Below, piece after piece: positions 51,192 through 61,674 of a DNA stretch of 64,000 nt. The stretch is from contig CAWETI010000002.1 of assembly GCA_963812015.1 (NCBI GenBank), forward strand, positions 32,001 through 96,000, in the 5' to 3' direction. The translations under genes were made by a program, and so were the position numbers. The stretch is from an uncultured delta proteobacterium (GTDB lineage Bacteria; Desulfobacterota; Desulfobaccia; Desulfobaccales; 0-14-0-80-60-11). Under the pieces are notes generated by a model. It made no database searches. It saw nothing but the letters and a program-made list of their open reading frames with translations, and was not told the origin of the DNA. Numbering within the stretch: position 1 is the stretch's first letter; every line of letters starts with the position of its first letter.

Positions 51192-52646
51192 ATGCCCACG
51201 GACTGGACCGGCCTGCTCCCCTTCCTGATCCTGGCGGGGGGGGGCACCCTCATCTTCCTGGTCGGCGCCTTTTGGCGGCGGCGGCCGCAGGAAGTGCTCT
51301 TCGCCCTGGCCCTGCTTACCGCCGGGGCCGCCGGGGTCGCGGCCCTCCTGCTGGAGCCCTTGGCCCCGAACTTTGCGGGCATGCTGGACCTGGGTGGTTA
51401 CTCCCGGTTCTTTACCCTGCTCCTGATGTTCATCACGATCATCACCCTGCTTTTCGTGCGCCGGTACAGCCTGGGCCACGATTTTGCCGGGGATGAATTG
51501 TACGCCCTGCTGATGTTTGCGGCCCTGGGTATGGTGCTGGCCGCGGCCGGGACCAATTGGGTCATCTTTTTCCTGGGGTTGGAACTCCTGTCCCTGTCCC
51601 TCTACGTCCTCATCGCCATCCGGAAAGGGGAACCTTACGGCAATGAGGCGGCCTTAAAATATTTCATCATGGGGGCGGTGGCCTCCGCCTTTTTGACCTT
51701 CGGCATCGCCCTCCTCTATGCCATGACCGGCAGCCTCGAGATTGCGGGGTCCCTGGCCGCGGCCCCTGCTGATTCCGGCGACCTGGCCGTGATCCTCCTG
51801 GCCCTGGCCCTTATCCTGACGGGCCTCGGCTTCAAGATCTCCCTGGTGCCTTTTCACCTGTGGACCCCCGATGTTTACCAGGGGGCCCCGGCCCCCATTA
51901 CCGCGTTTCTGTCCACCGGCTCCAAGGTGGCCCTGTTTGCGGCCTTGCTGCGGTTTTCCCTGGCGGTGGCCTCCCCGGTCTGGGACTACGCCTGGCCGGT
52001 TTTGTGGGCCCTGGCGGGCCTCACCATGGCGGTGGGCAACCTCACCGCCCTCTATCAAACCCGGGTCAAGCGCATCCTGGCCTACTCCTCCATCGCCCAG
52101 ATGGGCTACCTGTTCATGACCCTCCTGGCGGTCAGGGAGGGCGGGCTCCCCGCCCTGATGTTTTACCTGACGGTCTATGCCGTCATGGACCTGGGGGCCT
52201 TCGGGATCATCGGGACGTTTTCCCCAGGCGATGCCGATCTGGAGGAGCTGGCGGATTACCAGGGCCTGGGCTATACTCACCCTTGGCGCGCCGCCATCTT
52301 TGCCACCTGTCTCCTCTCCCTGGCGGGGCTGCCCCCCACCGCCGGCTTCATGGGAAAACTGGTCCTCTTTCGGGCGGTTCTCCAGGCCAATTTCATCGGC
52401 CTGGCGGTGATCGGCATTATCACCGTGATCATTTCCATCTATTTTTATATTAATGTGGTGGTCCACCTTTATATGCACGAACGCGGCGGGGGGGCGAAGG
52501 TGTTCAGCTCCGACCTGGCCATCGACCTGGCCATCGGTCTGGCCGGCGCGGTGATCCTGGCGGCGATCCTCTGGCTGGGCATCCTCCCCGATTCCCTGAT
52601 GCAGGTGATCACCGCCATCGCCGCCTCGCTGCCGAAACCGGCATGA
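51192..52646 (+). CDS. nuoN: NADH-quinone oxidoreductase subunit N
   Basis: EAALKYF, FKISLVPFHLWTPDVYQGAP, SLAGLPP. Confidence 0.96.
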   Translation: MPTDWTGLLPFLILAGGGTLIFLVGAFWRRRPQEVLFALALLTAGAAGVAALLLEPLAPNFAGMLDLGGYSRFFTLLLMFITIITLLFVRRYSLGHDFAGDELYALLMFAALGMVLAAAGTNWVIFFLGLELLSLSLYVLIAIRKGEPYGNEAALKYFIMGAVASAFLTFGIALLYAMTGSLEIAGSLAAAPADSGDLAVILLALALILTGLGFKISLVPFHLWTPDVYQGAPAPITAFLSTGSKVALFAALLRFSLAVASPVWDYAWPVLWALAGLTMAVGNLTALYQTRVKRILAYSSIAQMGYLFMTLLAVREGGLPALMFYLTVYAVMDLGAFGIIGTFSPGDADLEELADYQGLGYTHPWRAAIFATCLLSLAGLPPTAGFMGKLVLFRAVLQANFIGLAVIGIITVIISIYFYINVVVHLYMHERGGGAKVFSSDLAIDLAIGLAGAVILAAILWLGILPDSLMQVITAIAASLPKPA

Positions 52647-52758
52647 GACTTTCCCGATTGCAGTCCCAAGGATGTGATTTATCTTAAGGGGAAGGCCGGG
52701 GGACGTCTTTCGTACGGGGCCCCCTCCCGCACCAGATAACTCCCGGGTAGGAGACGCC

Positions 52759-53970
52759 ATGCCACCGCTCACGACCATCCAGCAGGATTTCCAGGTGAGC
52801 TTTCACTACGCGGTGCACTTCACCCGGGACCTGTTCGCCCTCTCCAACCCCCTGTTTAGAGACGTCCTGGGGCAAGACGCCGTCGGCCCGCCTCCCAAAC
52901 TCCTGGTGGTGCTGGACCGGGGGGTGCAGCGGTGTCACCCCCGGCTCTGGTCCGGGATCGAGGCTTACTGCCGGCGCCACCCTGAGGTGGTCACCCTGAT
53001 CGGGGCGCCCCTCCTGTTTGAGGGGGGTGAGCACCTCAAAAACAACCCCCTGCACGTCAACCTGGTGCAGCAGGCCATCCACGCCGCCGGCCTCTGCCGC
53101 CACTCCTATGTGGCCGCCATCGGCGGCGGCGCCCTCATCGACATGGCCGGGTTCGCCGCGGCCACGGCCCATCGGGGCATACGGCTGATCCGGGTGCCCA
53201 CCACCGTCATGGCCCAGGCCGATGCCTCCATCGGCGTCAAAAACGGTATCAACGCCTTCGGCAAAAAGAATTTTATCGGCGCCTTCGCCCCCCCGGTGGC
53301 GGTGCTGAACGACGCCGACTTTCTGCCCACCCTGTCCCGGCGGGATTGGATCGGCGGGGTGGCGGAAGCCGTCAAGGTGGCCCTGATCAAAGACGCGGAT
53401 TTTTTCGATTTCCTTGAGGAGCACGCCGAATCCCTGGCCGACCGGGACCTGGCCCGCATGGAACAGGTGATCCACCGCTCGGCGGCGCTCCACCTGGACC
53501 ACATCGCCAGGGGCGGCGACCCCTTTGAGTTCGGCTCCTCCCGGCCCCTGGACTTCGGCCACTGGGTGGCCCACAAGCTGGAGCACCTGAGCGGTTATGA
53601 GCTGGGGCACGGCCAGGCGGTGGCTTTGGGTATCGCCCTGGACTCCACCTACGCCCACCTCAGGGGGCTTCTCCCCCAGAGCCAATGGCAGCGGATCCTC
53701 ACCACCCTGAGGACCCTGGGCTTTGCCCTCTATGATACCCGGATGGAGGTGGAGCACGGCCTCCTGGACGGCCTGCAGGAGTTTCAGGAGCACCTGGGGG
53801 GCCGCCTCACCATCATGCTCCTTTGGGATATCGGCCAGGGCCTGGAGGTGCATGAAGTCGACCCGGACCTGGTGCGGGAGAGCCTGGCAATCCTCAAAGA
53901 AGAGGCCGCACTCTCTTCCGGGTCTGCGGCCCGGGTGGCGGCCGGAGGCGTGGTCCCAAAGGCATCTTGA
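52759..53970 (+). CDS. eboD: 3-dehydroquinate synthase-like sugar-phosphate cyclase (EboD-like)
   Basis: GGEHLK, GGGALID, PTT, KNGIN, RPLDFGHW.AHKLE; directly upstream of eboE. Confidence 0.75.
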   Translation: MPPLTTIQQDFQVSFHYAVHFTRDLFALSNPLFRDVLGQDAVGPPPKLLVVLDRGVQRCHPRLWSGIEAYCRRHPEVVTLIGAPLLFEGGEHLKNNPLHVNLVQQAIHAAGLCRHSYVAAIGGGALIDMAGFAAATAHRGIRLIRVPTTVMAQADASIGVKNGINAFGKKNFIGAFAPPVAVLNDADFLPTLSRRDWIGGVAEAVKVALIKDADFFDFLEEHAESLADRDLARMEQVIHRSAALHLDHIARGGDPFEFGSSRPLDFGHWVAHKLEHLSGYELGHGQAVALGIALDSTYAHLRGLLPQSQWQRILTTLRTLGFALYDTRMEVEHGLLDGLQEFQEHLGGRLTIMLLWDIGQGLEVHEVDPDLVRESLAILKEEAALSSGSAARVAAGGVVPKAS

Positions 53971-54135
53971 GGGGAGTGGGCAGGGGGCACCCTTACGAAA
54001 AAACGAAAAAACGAAAAATTCCCCCGCCTTCCCCCTCAAGCGCCCTCCCATCCCCCTATATACGGAGGTGGGGGAGGCAGTTGTAGGGCCGGTGCCCTCA
54101 CCGCCCCTAGGGAACTTTTCAAGGCAGAGGTCCCC

Positions 54136-55383
54136 GTGCAGATCGGCCCGGAGGGGTTTTTTCACCTTACCTATTGCACCAAGATTCATCCCGGCCGCGG
54201 CTGGGAGGAATTATGGGGCCATCTGCGCCGCTCTGCCCCGGCCCTGAAGGCCAGGCTGGCGCCGGCGGCGCCCTTCGGCCTGGGGCTGCGCCTGTCCGCG
54301 GCGGAGGCCCGGGAGCTCCTGGCCGGGGACCGGCTGGCGGAGTTTCAAGATTTCCTGGCCCGGCACGCCCTCTACGTCTTTACCCTCAACGGCTTTCCCT
54401 ACGGCGACTTAACCGGTCCGGCCGTGAAAGCCCGGATTTTCGCCCCCGACTGGCGGGAGGACGCCCGGGTCCGCTACACCCTGGACCTCATTGAGATTCT
54501 CCGCCGGCTGTTGCCCTCCGGGGCGGAAGGGTCCATCTCCACCTCCCCGTTGTCTTACAAGGCCTGGATCGCCCCGGGTGATTCGGAGGCCTGGGGGAGG
54601 ATGACCCGGAACCTGGTGCGGGTGACGGAGCGGCTGGCCCACATCCAGGCCGGGGAGGGGAAACTGATCCATCTGGACCTGGAGCCGGAGCCCGACGGCC
54701 TTTTGGAGGTGAGCCGGGAGGTGGCGGACTTTTTCCGCGACTGGCTCCTGAAGGTGGGGGCCCCCATCCTGGCGGCGCGATCCCGGATCGATGGGTCGGA
54801 AGCCCGCCGGCGATTGCTTTCCCATATCCGGGTCTGCCTGGATACCTGCCACCTGGCGGTGGAGCACGAAGATCCGGCCACGGCCCTGGATACCCTGGCG
54901 GAGGCCGGCGTCCGGGTGGGGAAGGTCCAGATCACCGCCGGCCTCAAGGTGGAGCTGCCGGAGGCGGCGAGCTCGCGAGGGGCCGTGGTCGGGGAATTGG
55001 AGCCCTTCACCCGGTCTCCTTATCTCCACCAGGTCATCGGCCGGACCGGGGAGGGCCGCCGGGTCCAATTTCCCGACCTGGCCCCGGCCCTGCCGCGCCT
55101 GGCGGCGGGTTTGGGGCGCAACTTCCGCATCCACTACCACATGCCCCTGTTTGTGGAGCGGTATGGGCACCTGGGGTCCACCGGCGATGACACCCGGGCC
55201 GTGCTCAGCCTACTGAAGGAGCGGCAATTTTCCCGTCACCTGGAGATCGAGACCTACACCTGGGAGTGGCTGCCCCCGGACCTCAAGTGCGACCTGTTGG
55301 ACTCCCTGCACCGGGAGTACCTCTGGGTGCTGGAGGCCATGGAGACAGGAGAGGGGGCCCGGGGCTTGTCCTATTTTTCGTAA
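54136..55383 (+). CDS. eboE: EboE TIM-barrel (xylose isomerase-like) protein
   Basis: LTYCT.IH, GLGLRLS, TLNGFPYG, PDW, LEPEPD, DTCH, YLHQ, HLEIETYTW. Confidence 0.85.
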   Translation: MQIGPEGFFHLTYCTKIHPGRGWEELWGHLRRSAPALKARLAPAAPFGLGLRLSAAEARELLAGDRLAEFQDFLARHALYVFTLNGFPYGDLTGPAVKARIFAPDWREDARVRYTLDLIEILRRLLPSGAEGSISTSPLSYKAWIAPGDSEAWGRMTRNLVRVTERLAHIQAGEGKLIHLDLEPEPDGLLEVSREVADFFRDWLLKVGAPILAARSRIDGSEARRRLLSHIRVCLDTCHLAVEHEDPATALDTLAEAGVRVGKVQITAGLKVELPEAASSRGAVVGELEPFTRSPYLHQVIGRTGEGRRVQFPDLAPALPRLAAGLGRNFRIHYHMPLFVERYGHLGSTGDDTRAVLSLLKERQFSRHLEIETYTWEWLPPDLKCDLLDSLHREYLWVLEAMETGEGARGLSYFS

Positions 55384-55420
55384 GTGGCCCCGGCCCCCTT
55401 CCCAACCCCGTGCATTTTTT

Positions 55421-55476
55421 GTAGGGGCGCACCCATGTGTGCGCCCGAGCCTGGGCGGACACGCAGGCCCCCCCTC
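55421..55476. repeat. GTAG REP doublet (REPIN-like), degenerate
   Basis: GTAGGGGCGCACCCATGTGTGCGCCC followed by an inverted partner. Confidence 0.7.
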
Positions 55477-55487
55477 AACGTGCACCG

Positions 55488-56117
55488 CTACAACGGAAAA
55501 TCCCGCAACACCCGGAACAACTCCTCTGCGCCGCTCCCGAAGAAATGGTCGGCGCCCTGGATGACCTTGATCTCCACGAGAGGAGCGGGAGTCTCCCCGG
55601 GGGGCGGCGGGCTGGCCGCCAGGAGCTCCCGCAAGCTAGCGAGGGGACAGAGTTCGTCCCGGTCCCCCACCGCGATCAGTTTGAGCCCCGGCACTTGAGG
55701 CAGGAAGCTCAGGTCCATGAAGGCGATGGGGGGCGAAATGAAAATGGCCCCATCCACGTCCAGACCATCCAGCAACGCCCGGCCCGCCACAAAGGCCCCG
55801 AAAGAATAGCCTACCACGTAATAGGGGTTGCGGGTCCGGGACTTGAGAAGCGCCAGGGCCGCGGCCACGTCGCCGGCTTCCTCCAGGCCGCCGCCGTAGG
55901 TCCCGGTGCTGCGGCCCACCCCCCGGAAGTTGAAGCGCAGGGTGGACATGCCCCGGGCCGCCAGGGCCCGCGACGCGGTCAACACCACCTGGTTCGCCAT
56001 GTCGCCCCCGAACAGGGGATGGGGGTGGGTGATGATCGCCCCGCCGGGCGCCGCGACGATCGATAACCGGCCTTCCAGGGTGATACCCGGCCCCGGGATA
56101 CTGACGTTTTCTTCCAT
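55488..56117 (-). CDS. Alpha/beta hydrolase
   Basis: HPHPLFGG, RFNFRGVG, GYSFG nucleophile, GDRD, GADHF. Confidence 0.9.
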   Translation of the reverse strand: MEENVSIPGPGITLEGRLSIVAAPGGAIITHPHPLFGGDMANQVVLTASRALAARGMSTLRFNFRGVGRSTGTYGGGLEEAGDVAAALALLKSRTRNPYYVVGYSFGAFVAGRALLDGLDVDGAIFISPPIAFMDLSFLPQVPGLKLIAVGDRDELCPLASLRELLAASPPPPGETPAPLVEIKVIQGADHFFGSGAEELFRVLRDFPL

Positions 56118-56416
56118 AGCGCTCTCCCCGACGGGGTTGTTACCAGAATAAGACCTGAAAAATGCGTTTGGCATGAAGGGCGGGGGATTTTTTGTAAGTC
56201 ACTCCCCCTCTCCCAAAGGCTTTTTACCGACGTCTCCCTCTGGAATGAGAATGCTTTTTCATGATACCACAAGACCCTGGGAGAGTCAGGCGGGACCGGG
56301 CGCGTCAACCGCTTCACCAAAATGCCCTGGGTGATTTTTGATGGATTTGCCCCCCTGAGATGATATATGATGCAGAGGAACTGCCTCAACGGCACACGCT
56401 ACGCCAGAGCCTTATT

Positions 56417-57925
56417 ATGACAGAGAAAAAAATCGGTTTTGTGGGGACGGATGGGCGGACCTTGCTGGCCGCCCTGGAGACCAGCCGCTCCAAGAGCGAG
56501 CTTTATCCCGGGGCCTACCGCGGGGTCGTCGTCAAAGGCACCGGCGCCATGGAGCCCTTTGCCCAAAAGATGGGGTGGCCCATTGATTTTATTCCGGTGC
56601 CCGACAACTCGGCCCCGGCCTACGCCGCGGCCCTGATAAAAGCCTTTGCGGAAGAAACCCTGGATGTGGCCCTGGTCATGCCCGAGGGCTTGCTGTTTGA
56701 CGGCCTGGTGGACCGGGTCATTGAGGCCGGCTTCGGGGACCGCATCATCGGCCTCACCCACGCCGGGGCGGAGTATGAGGCCGACAAGATCGCCTGCAAG
56801 CGCTCCTGCGAGGAGGCGGGCATCCCGGTGGCCCCAGCCTGGACCGAAGTGGAGGCCCGGGATTATGCCGCGGTGTTAAAGACCTGCCTGGCTTACCTCC
56901 ACGAATTCGGCGGCGCCGTCCTCAAATATCCCTACAGCGCCGGCGGCAAGGGCGCCCGGATCATGCTCAACACCTGGGATGTCAAAGATGTTTACGACGT
57001 CTTGATGAAGGACTATAAGGATGCCTACATCCGGGGCTGCGGCAAAAAATCCCCCTGGCCCCTGCTCATCGAGGCCCGCATGTCCGGGGTGGAAATCAGT
57101 TTCACCATCCTGGTGGATAAAAACGGCAACTACCAAATCCTGCCCACCGCCATGGACTACCCGGAACGGTTTGAACGGCCCCCGGGCCTGGACAATCCCA
57201 TCACCGGCGGCATGGGGTCCATTTCGCCCCATCCCCTTGAGTCCCCGGCCTTGCTGGAGCTGGCCGATGCCACGATCGCTCAGCCCCTCATCCGGAGCCT
57301 GAAAGACAAGGGCGTGCTGCGCCCCGGGGTCCTCTATCCGGGCTGTTTCGTGTCCTTCGACGGCAATTTTCAGCCCCGGGCCATCCGGGTGTGCGAAATC
57401 AACATCCGCCCGGGAGAGCCGGAATTCCAGCCTGTGGTGAAAAGGCTGCGCAACCTGGGGGCACTGGTTGCGGCCATGGCCGCCGGCAACCTGGATGAGG
57501 TCGTCCCGGAAGTGCGCTCCGACCAAGTCTCCCTGTGCATCGGCCTGGTGACCGGCCCCGGCGGCCCCAAGCAGCAGAAAGGCTACCCCTGGTCCCTGAC
57601 CAAGGGCGAAGTGGTGGAGATGGACTTCGACTATTTCGACAAGAAGAAGATCACGGTGATCCCGTCCGCCATGGATTATGTCGATGGCGTGTTCAAGTCC
57701 GACGGCTCCCGGGTGGCCTATCTTTTGGCCAACGCCACCGTAAAAGCCGGTCAAACCGCAGGGCCGGCGGCCGAGGCCCTGCGCCAGAAACTGCTCAACG
57801 CCTTCGATAACGGCAAGATCCGGGTGATCCCCCGGGAGGATGACCAGGGCAACCGCCTGGCCCTGCGCCGGGATATCGGGGGGCACTATCAGAAGGCCGA
57901 AGCGCTGAAAAGCAGTAGTCAGTAG
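56417..57925 (+). CDS. purD: Divergent phosphoribosylamine-glycine ligase (ATP-grasp)
   Basis: AGGKG, GVEIS, TGGMG, GVLY, EINIRPGEPE; purH nearby. Confidence 0.7.
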   Translation: MTEKKIGFVGTDGRTLLAALETSRSKSELYPGAYRGVVVKGTGAMEPFAQKMGWPIDFIPVPDNSAPAYAAALIKAFAEETLDVALVMPEGLLFDGLVDRVIEAGFGDRIIGLTHAGAEYEADKIACKRSCEEAGIPVAPAWTEVEARDYAAVLKTCLAYLHEFGGAVLKYPYSAGGKGARIMLNTWDVKDVYDVLMKDYKDAYIRGCGKKSPWPLLIEARMSGVEISFTILVDKNGNYQILPTAMDYPERFERPPGLDNPITGGMGSISPHPLESPALLELADATIAQPLIRSLKDKGVLRPGVLYPGCFVSFDGNFQPRAIRVCEINIRPGEPEFQPVVKRLRNLGALVAAMAAGNLDEVVPEVRSDQVSLCIGLVTGPGGPKQQKGYPWSLTKGEVVEMDFDYFDKKKITVIPSAMDYVDGVFKSDGSRVAYLLANATVKAGQTAGPAAEALRQKLLNAFDNGKIRVIPREDDQGNRLALRRDIGGHYQKAEALKSSSQ

Positions 57926-57944
57926 TCAGTAGTCAGTGGTCAGT
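57913..57944. repeat. Heptamer tandem repeat (CAGTAGT) x4.5
   Basis: CAGTAGT CAGTAGT CAGTAGT CAGTGGT CAGT; contains the purD stop codon. Confidence 0.85.
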
Positions 57945-57984
57945 AAAAAAGGAAGTGGGCCGCAATCCCGCCATTAATGCGAAA

Positions 57985-58014
57985 GGCGGGATGCGCTTCG
58001 CTTTCCCGCCCTAC
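57985..58014. repeat. GTAG-type REP
   Basis: GGCGGGATGCGCTTCGCTTTCCCGCCCTAC. Confidence 0.7.
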
Positions 58015-58108
58015 GGTGCTCGTCTTTTCTAAATGGCACAGAGATAAATCATATTAATTTTAGTTTCCAGGCATTGAAATTGAATTGAATGTTTGGAGGA
58101 CTAATTTA

Positions 58109-59092
58109 ATGAGCATCGAAGATATCGTGAACGTATGCGTAACACTTAGAAATTTTTGATCGGATAGTGACTATCTCGATTTTAAAGACTTTTGGATAAA
58201 AAAGTTATCAGAAGATGACACGAAACAGTTATGCACTGACCTTAAATACTTCACAAATTATCCAAATGATAATCATATTGCAGTTAGGCGTTATTATATT
58301 GGCAGGGGCAAAAGCAGTACTGTCATACGTGATAACAGTTTTAGTTTTTTCTATCCTTTATTTAGATCAATGAAGCTATTCTTAACCGGAGACTTAATCA
58401 CACCGATAGCCTTCTATAGATGGAAGGGAAAATGGTATGAGGCAATATTACACGGAGAAAACTATGGCCTGGGTTATGATTTATCGGGCAAGCCATATAT
58501 TTTTAATGTTGATGATATTGAAGCATTTGATCTCTTTAGAAGCCAGATTAATAGATACTTGTCATTTATGAATTTTTATGATATTCCTTATCTTAAGAGG
58601 CAAAAAGCATTTAACAATATTGACTTACGGTGCTCATTGGCTATTCACTTATATTTAAAACGATCTATTGAAGATAATAATAGTTTTATAATATTTGACA
58701 AGTTGATTGATTATACTATTGCGCTAGAATCACTATATTTAAATGAAAAAGAAAAAGGGAAAGGGGAGAAATTATCCAGAAGGATATCTACCCTCTTAAG
58801 TAAAGATGATAGTGAAAAAGGACGAATTAATGAAGATATTAAGTATTTTTATGAGATCAGAGGTGACATAGTCCATGCATCACTTATTGATCAAAAAGGA
58901 GAGGACTTTCTTTCAAAAAATATCTGCAAATATGAAAACATATTGAGAAAATCTATTTTAGCTTTCTTAGATTTAAATCTAAGTTACAAGACTAAGAAAG
59001 ACGTATTAAGTCAGTTAGATCAAGCGATATCAAATCCTGAGATGAGGGAAAAAATTCATGATTCACTAGAAATATTAAAATTGGCAAGATAA
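58109..59092 (+). CDS. HEPN-domain (ApeA-like) protein with an in-frame TGA at codon 17
   Basis: GGAGGA then ATG 58109, in frame with ORF 58370; IALESL...YEIRGDIVH (Rx4H); AT-rich. Confidence 0.7.
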
Positions 59093-59164
59093 GGTAGCAT
59101 TAGACAAAATGATGGAATGCGCGGGTCGCCGGGCAATAAGGGGCTTTTCCTGCCCCCTGCCTCT

Positions 59165-59530
59165 CTACTGCACCTGCTCCTCCCCCGCCTCCATCTGGAA
59201 TTTCAGGGCGGCGGACCGGTTGGTGCTGTCGATGTAACGGTTCCAGATATCCCTGAGGTCCTGGATGGCCCGTTTGACGTCGGGCTCGATCCCCGCGGCC
59301 CGCAATTGCCCCAGACCGTAATAGAGTTCGTTGAGCAGCCGAATCTGGGTAATGCTCACCACCTGCTCCATGGCGTCCTCGCCTAGAGCATTCAGGTCCA
59401 GCTTTTCCAGTTCCTCCAACTCCCGGAGGATTTCCAGGGCGATGCCGGTGAGCAGGTCCTGGTAGTAATGGGGGCCGCTCAGGTCGATCCGGCGGCCCCG
59501 GCTCATGGTGATGGTGGGGGGTGCGCCCAT
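59165..59530 (-). CDS. Hypothetical protein, coupled to purH-N
   Basis: ATG abuts the upstream stop; host-like codon usage. Confidence 0.7.
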   Translation of the reverse strand: MGAPPTITMSRGRRIDLSGPHYYQDLLTGIALEILRELEELEKLDLNALGEDAMEQVVSITQIRLLNELYYGLGQLRAAGIEPDVKRAIQDLRDIWNRYIDSTNRSAALKFQMEAGEEQVQ

Positions 59531-60133
59531 TTAGCAGGCCGGCCCCTTTTCCGTCAGGTAGCGGTAGATGGCCCCGTCGTATTCGTGGGTCAGCTTGAAG
59601 ACCTTTTTGGCCAGGTTGAACCGGGTGGCGACGTTGGTGGCGCCCTTGCTCAGCTTCATTTCGGCCATGATATGGGGATAGTCCGCCGGGTCCACCACCA
59701 CAGTCACGGCCTGGTAGTTCTTGGCCGAGGCCCGGAGCAGGGTGGGGCCGCCGATGTCGATGTTCTCGATGGCGTCCTCCAGGGTGCAGCCGGGCTTGGC
59801 CACGGCCTGCTCAAACTGGTAGAGGTTGACCACCACCAGGTCGATGGGGACAATCCCCTGGGCGGCCATCTGCTCCTGGTGGCTGGCCAGGTCCCGGCGC
59901 CCCAGGATGCCGCCGTGGATCTTGGGGTGCAGGGTCTTGACCCGGCCATCCAACATTTCAGGAAAGCCGGTGAACTCGGAGACCTCCACCACGGGGACGC
60001 CGTTGTCCCGCAGGAGCTTGGCGGTGCCCCCGGTGGACAGGATTTCGATCTTATAGCCCGCCAGAAATTTGGCGAACTCCACCAAACCGCTCTTATCGGT
60101 GACGCTCATCAAGGCCCGGGATATGGGCTTCAT
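59531..60133 (-). CDS. purH: Stand-alone IMP cyclohydrolase (PurH N-terminal MGS-like domain)
   Basis: [29 protein letters not shown]; only 200 aa. Confidence 0.9.
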   Translation of the reverse strand: MKPISRALMSVTDKSGLVEFAKFLAGYKIEILSTGGTAKLLRDNGVPVVEVSEFTGFPEMLDGRVKTLHPKIHGGILGRRDLASHQEQMAAQGIVPIDLVVVNLYQFEQAVAKPGCTLEDAIENIDIGGPTLLRASAKNYQAVTVVVDPADYPHIMAEMKLSKGATNVATRFNLAKKVFKLTHEYDGAIYRYLTEKGPAC

Positions 60134-60239
60134 GTTATACCTCCATAAATATTAAAATTAGGCGATTATGCACTTGACAAAGTGATTGTCTGGTGTTATC
60201 GTCGATACATTATAGAGGCTCTGGGTTTGGAGAGCATCT

Positions 60240-61157
60240 ATGTATACTGCATTTGAGGAAAATTTCTCTAAACTTGATCTGTACAATATCAGAGAAAAGG
60301 CAGAGAATAAATTCAAAAAATTTGCTTCCCTTTTTCGAGAAAGGCTCTTTATGAACTTGATCTGCTTTTCCGATGAAAGCGGTACTCATGATACCCTTGG
60401 TCTTCAAAAAGGATCAGAGGTTGCAGCGGTAGTGGGATATTTGTCATGGGACACCAGGTGGAAAACATTTTGTGGACAATGGCAAGAGGTTCTATGTCGT
60501 TACGAGGTTCCCGATTTTCATTATTCGGAGTTTATGAATGATGAAAATGGCCCCAAAGACCCAAACTGGCCTTATCATGGTTGGTCAAGAGAAAAACGCG
60601 ATAGGTTTATTCGAGAATTAATTCCGATTGCAAGGAATAATACAATAATGGGAATTGGTGGTCTTGTAAGCGTGCAAGACTATAATGATATTATTCCTGA
60701 TAGTGCAAAATATGACCACCCCTATCATTTTTGTTTTGATCTTTTCTTTGGAGCAATGCGCCTTTTTTTAAGAACTGCTTCAAATTGGGGGTACACTTCT
60801 CCTTTTGCTCCAGGCGAAAAAGTGGCCTTCTTTTTCGACAGACAAGATCAATTTAAACATAAAGCGTTAGAGCAATACGATCATGCCGTCACTCATGATG
60901 ATGATAGCCGGTGGGGAAGTATAACTTTTGCAAACAGAAAGGAAGATTGTTTACCATTGCAGGCAGCCGACCTTTTGGTGGGTAGAACTAGGCTTATTTG
61001 CACTCGAATATTTAAAGGAATAGAGCCGGTAAATGCAAATAGCTGGGACGAAGATTTAGGAACAAGGGGAAATATATTGGCACTGTATTATGATGCTGAA
61101 AGCCTAAAAAATCTTGTGCATCGTGTTGAAGTAAAGGCGAAGATTTATAGCGAATAA
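60240..61157 (+). CDS. DUF3800-like (RNase H-fold) protein; alternative start at 60351
   Basis: FSDESGTH, FH, FFFD, LQAADLL motifs. Confidence 0.75.
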   Translation: MYTAFEENFSKLDLYNIREKAENKFKKFASLFRERLFMNLICFSDESGTHDTLGLQKGSEVAAVVGYLSWDTRWKTFCGQWQEVLCRYEVPDFHYSEFMNDENGPKDPNWPYHGWSREKRDRFIRELIPIARNNTIMGIGGLVSVQDYNDIIPDSAKYDHPYHFCFDLFFGAMRLFLRTASNWGYTSPFAPGEKVAFFFDRQDQFKHKALEQYDHAVTHDDDSRWGSITFANRKEDCLPLQAADLLVGRTRLICTRIFKGIEPVNANSWDEDLGTRGNILALYYDAESLKNLVHRVEVKAKIYSE

Positions 61158-61170
61158 GGGGAAATGAGCA

Positions 61171-61674
61171 GTGTTTCATATACTTACAGAGTATGAGCGT
61201 GGGCGAGCGCAAATTGCGATTGAATGGGTTGCAAGGTCGCAAAAACCTATTGTTGAAATAGGTGGACGTTCCTTAAAAAATTGTGATCTAAATGCCTTGG
61301 CGGAAGACCTCAATCTCTGTATTGCTCAAAGCGGTGAAGTTGTTCTGGGTTTTGTGATTCCATTTGGGATAACAGATTATTGCTGTTATGGTTTCTATCG
61401 CGAGCGGTGGGCAATAAAAGCCCTGCTATCTGTGCAAGATAATGAATCATTGTCGTTAAATCCTCAAAATAGGGCATGGGTACAGGGCCTATTATTTGGT
61501 TATAGCCCTGATGCTATACAGCGTTTTATTTCTTCGTCGTCTCTAATACAAGAGTCCACGGAACCTTCTCTTTGCATCGTGGGCAATGTGGAAATATTTC
61601 ATATTTCTTCAACTCTATTTCGGCCCCACAGTGATGGCAACGATAAAAGCCTTGGATTGCAACAGGCAGATTAG
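61171..61674 (+). CDS. Hypothetical protein (IS passenger)
   Basis: SD AAGGGG, GTG start, GLLFGYS motif; 3' tail overlaps an antisense ORF. Confidence 0.6.
   Translation: MFHILTEYERGRAQIAIEWVARSQKPIVEIGGRSLKNCDLNALAEDLNLCIAQSGEVVLGFVIPFGITDYCCYGFYRERWAIKALLSVQDNESLSLNPQNRAWVQGLLFGYSPDAIQRFISSSSLIQESTEPSLCIVGNVEIFHISSTLFRPHSDGNDKSLGLQQAD

Noticed and set aside
57913..57944. Tandem repeats as a CRISPR array
   Set aside because: 7-bp units without spacers; no CRISPR array or cas gene seen in the window.
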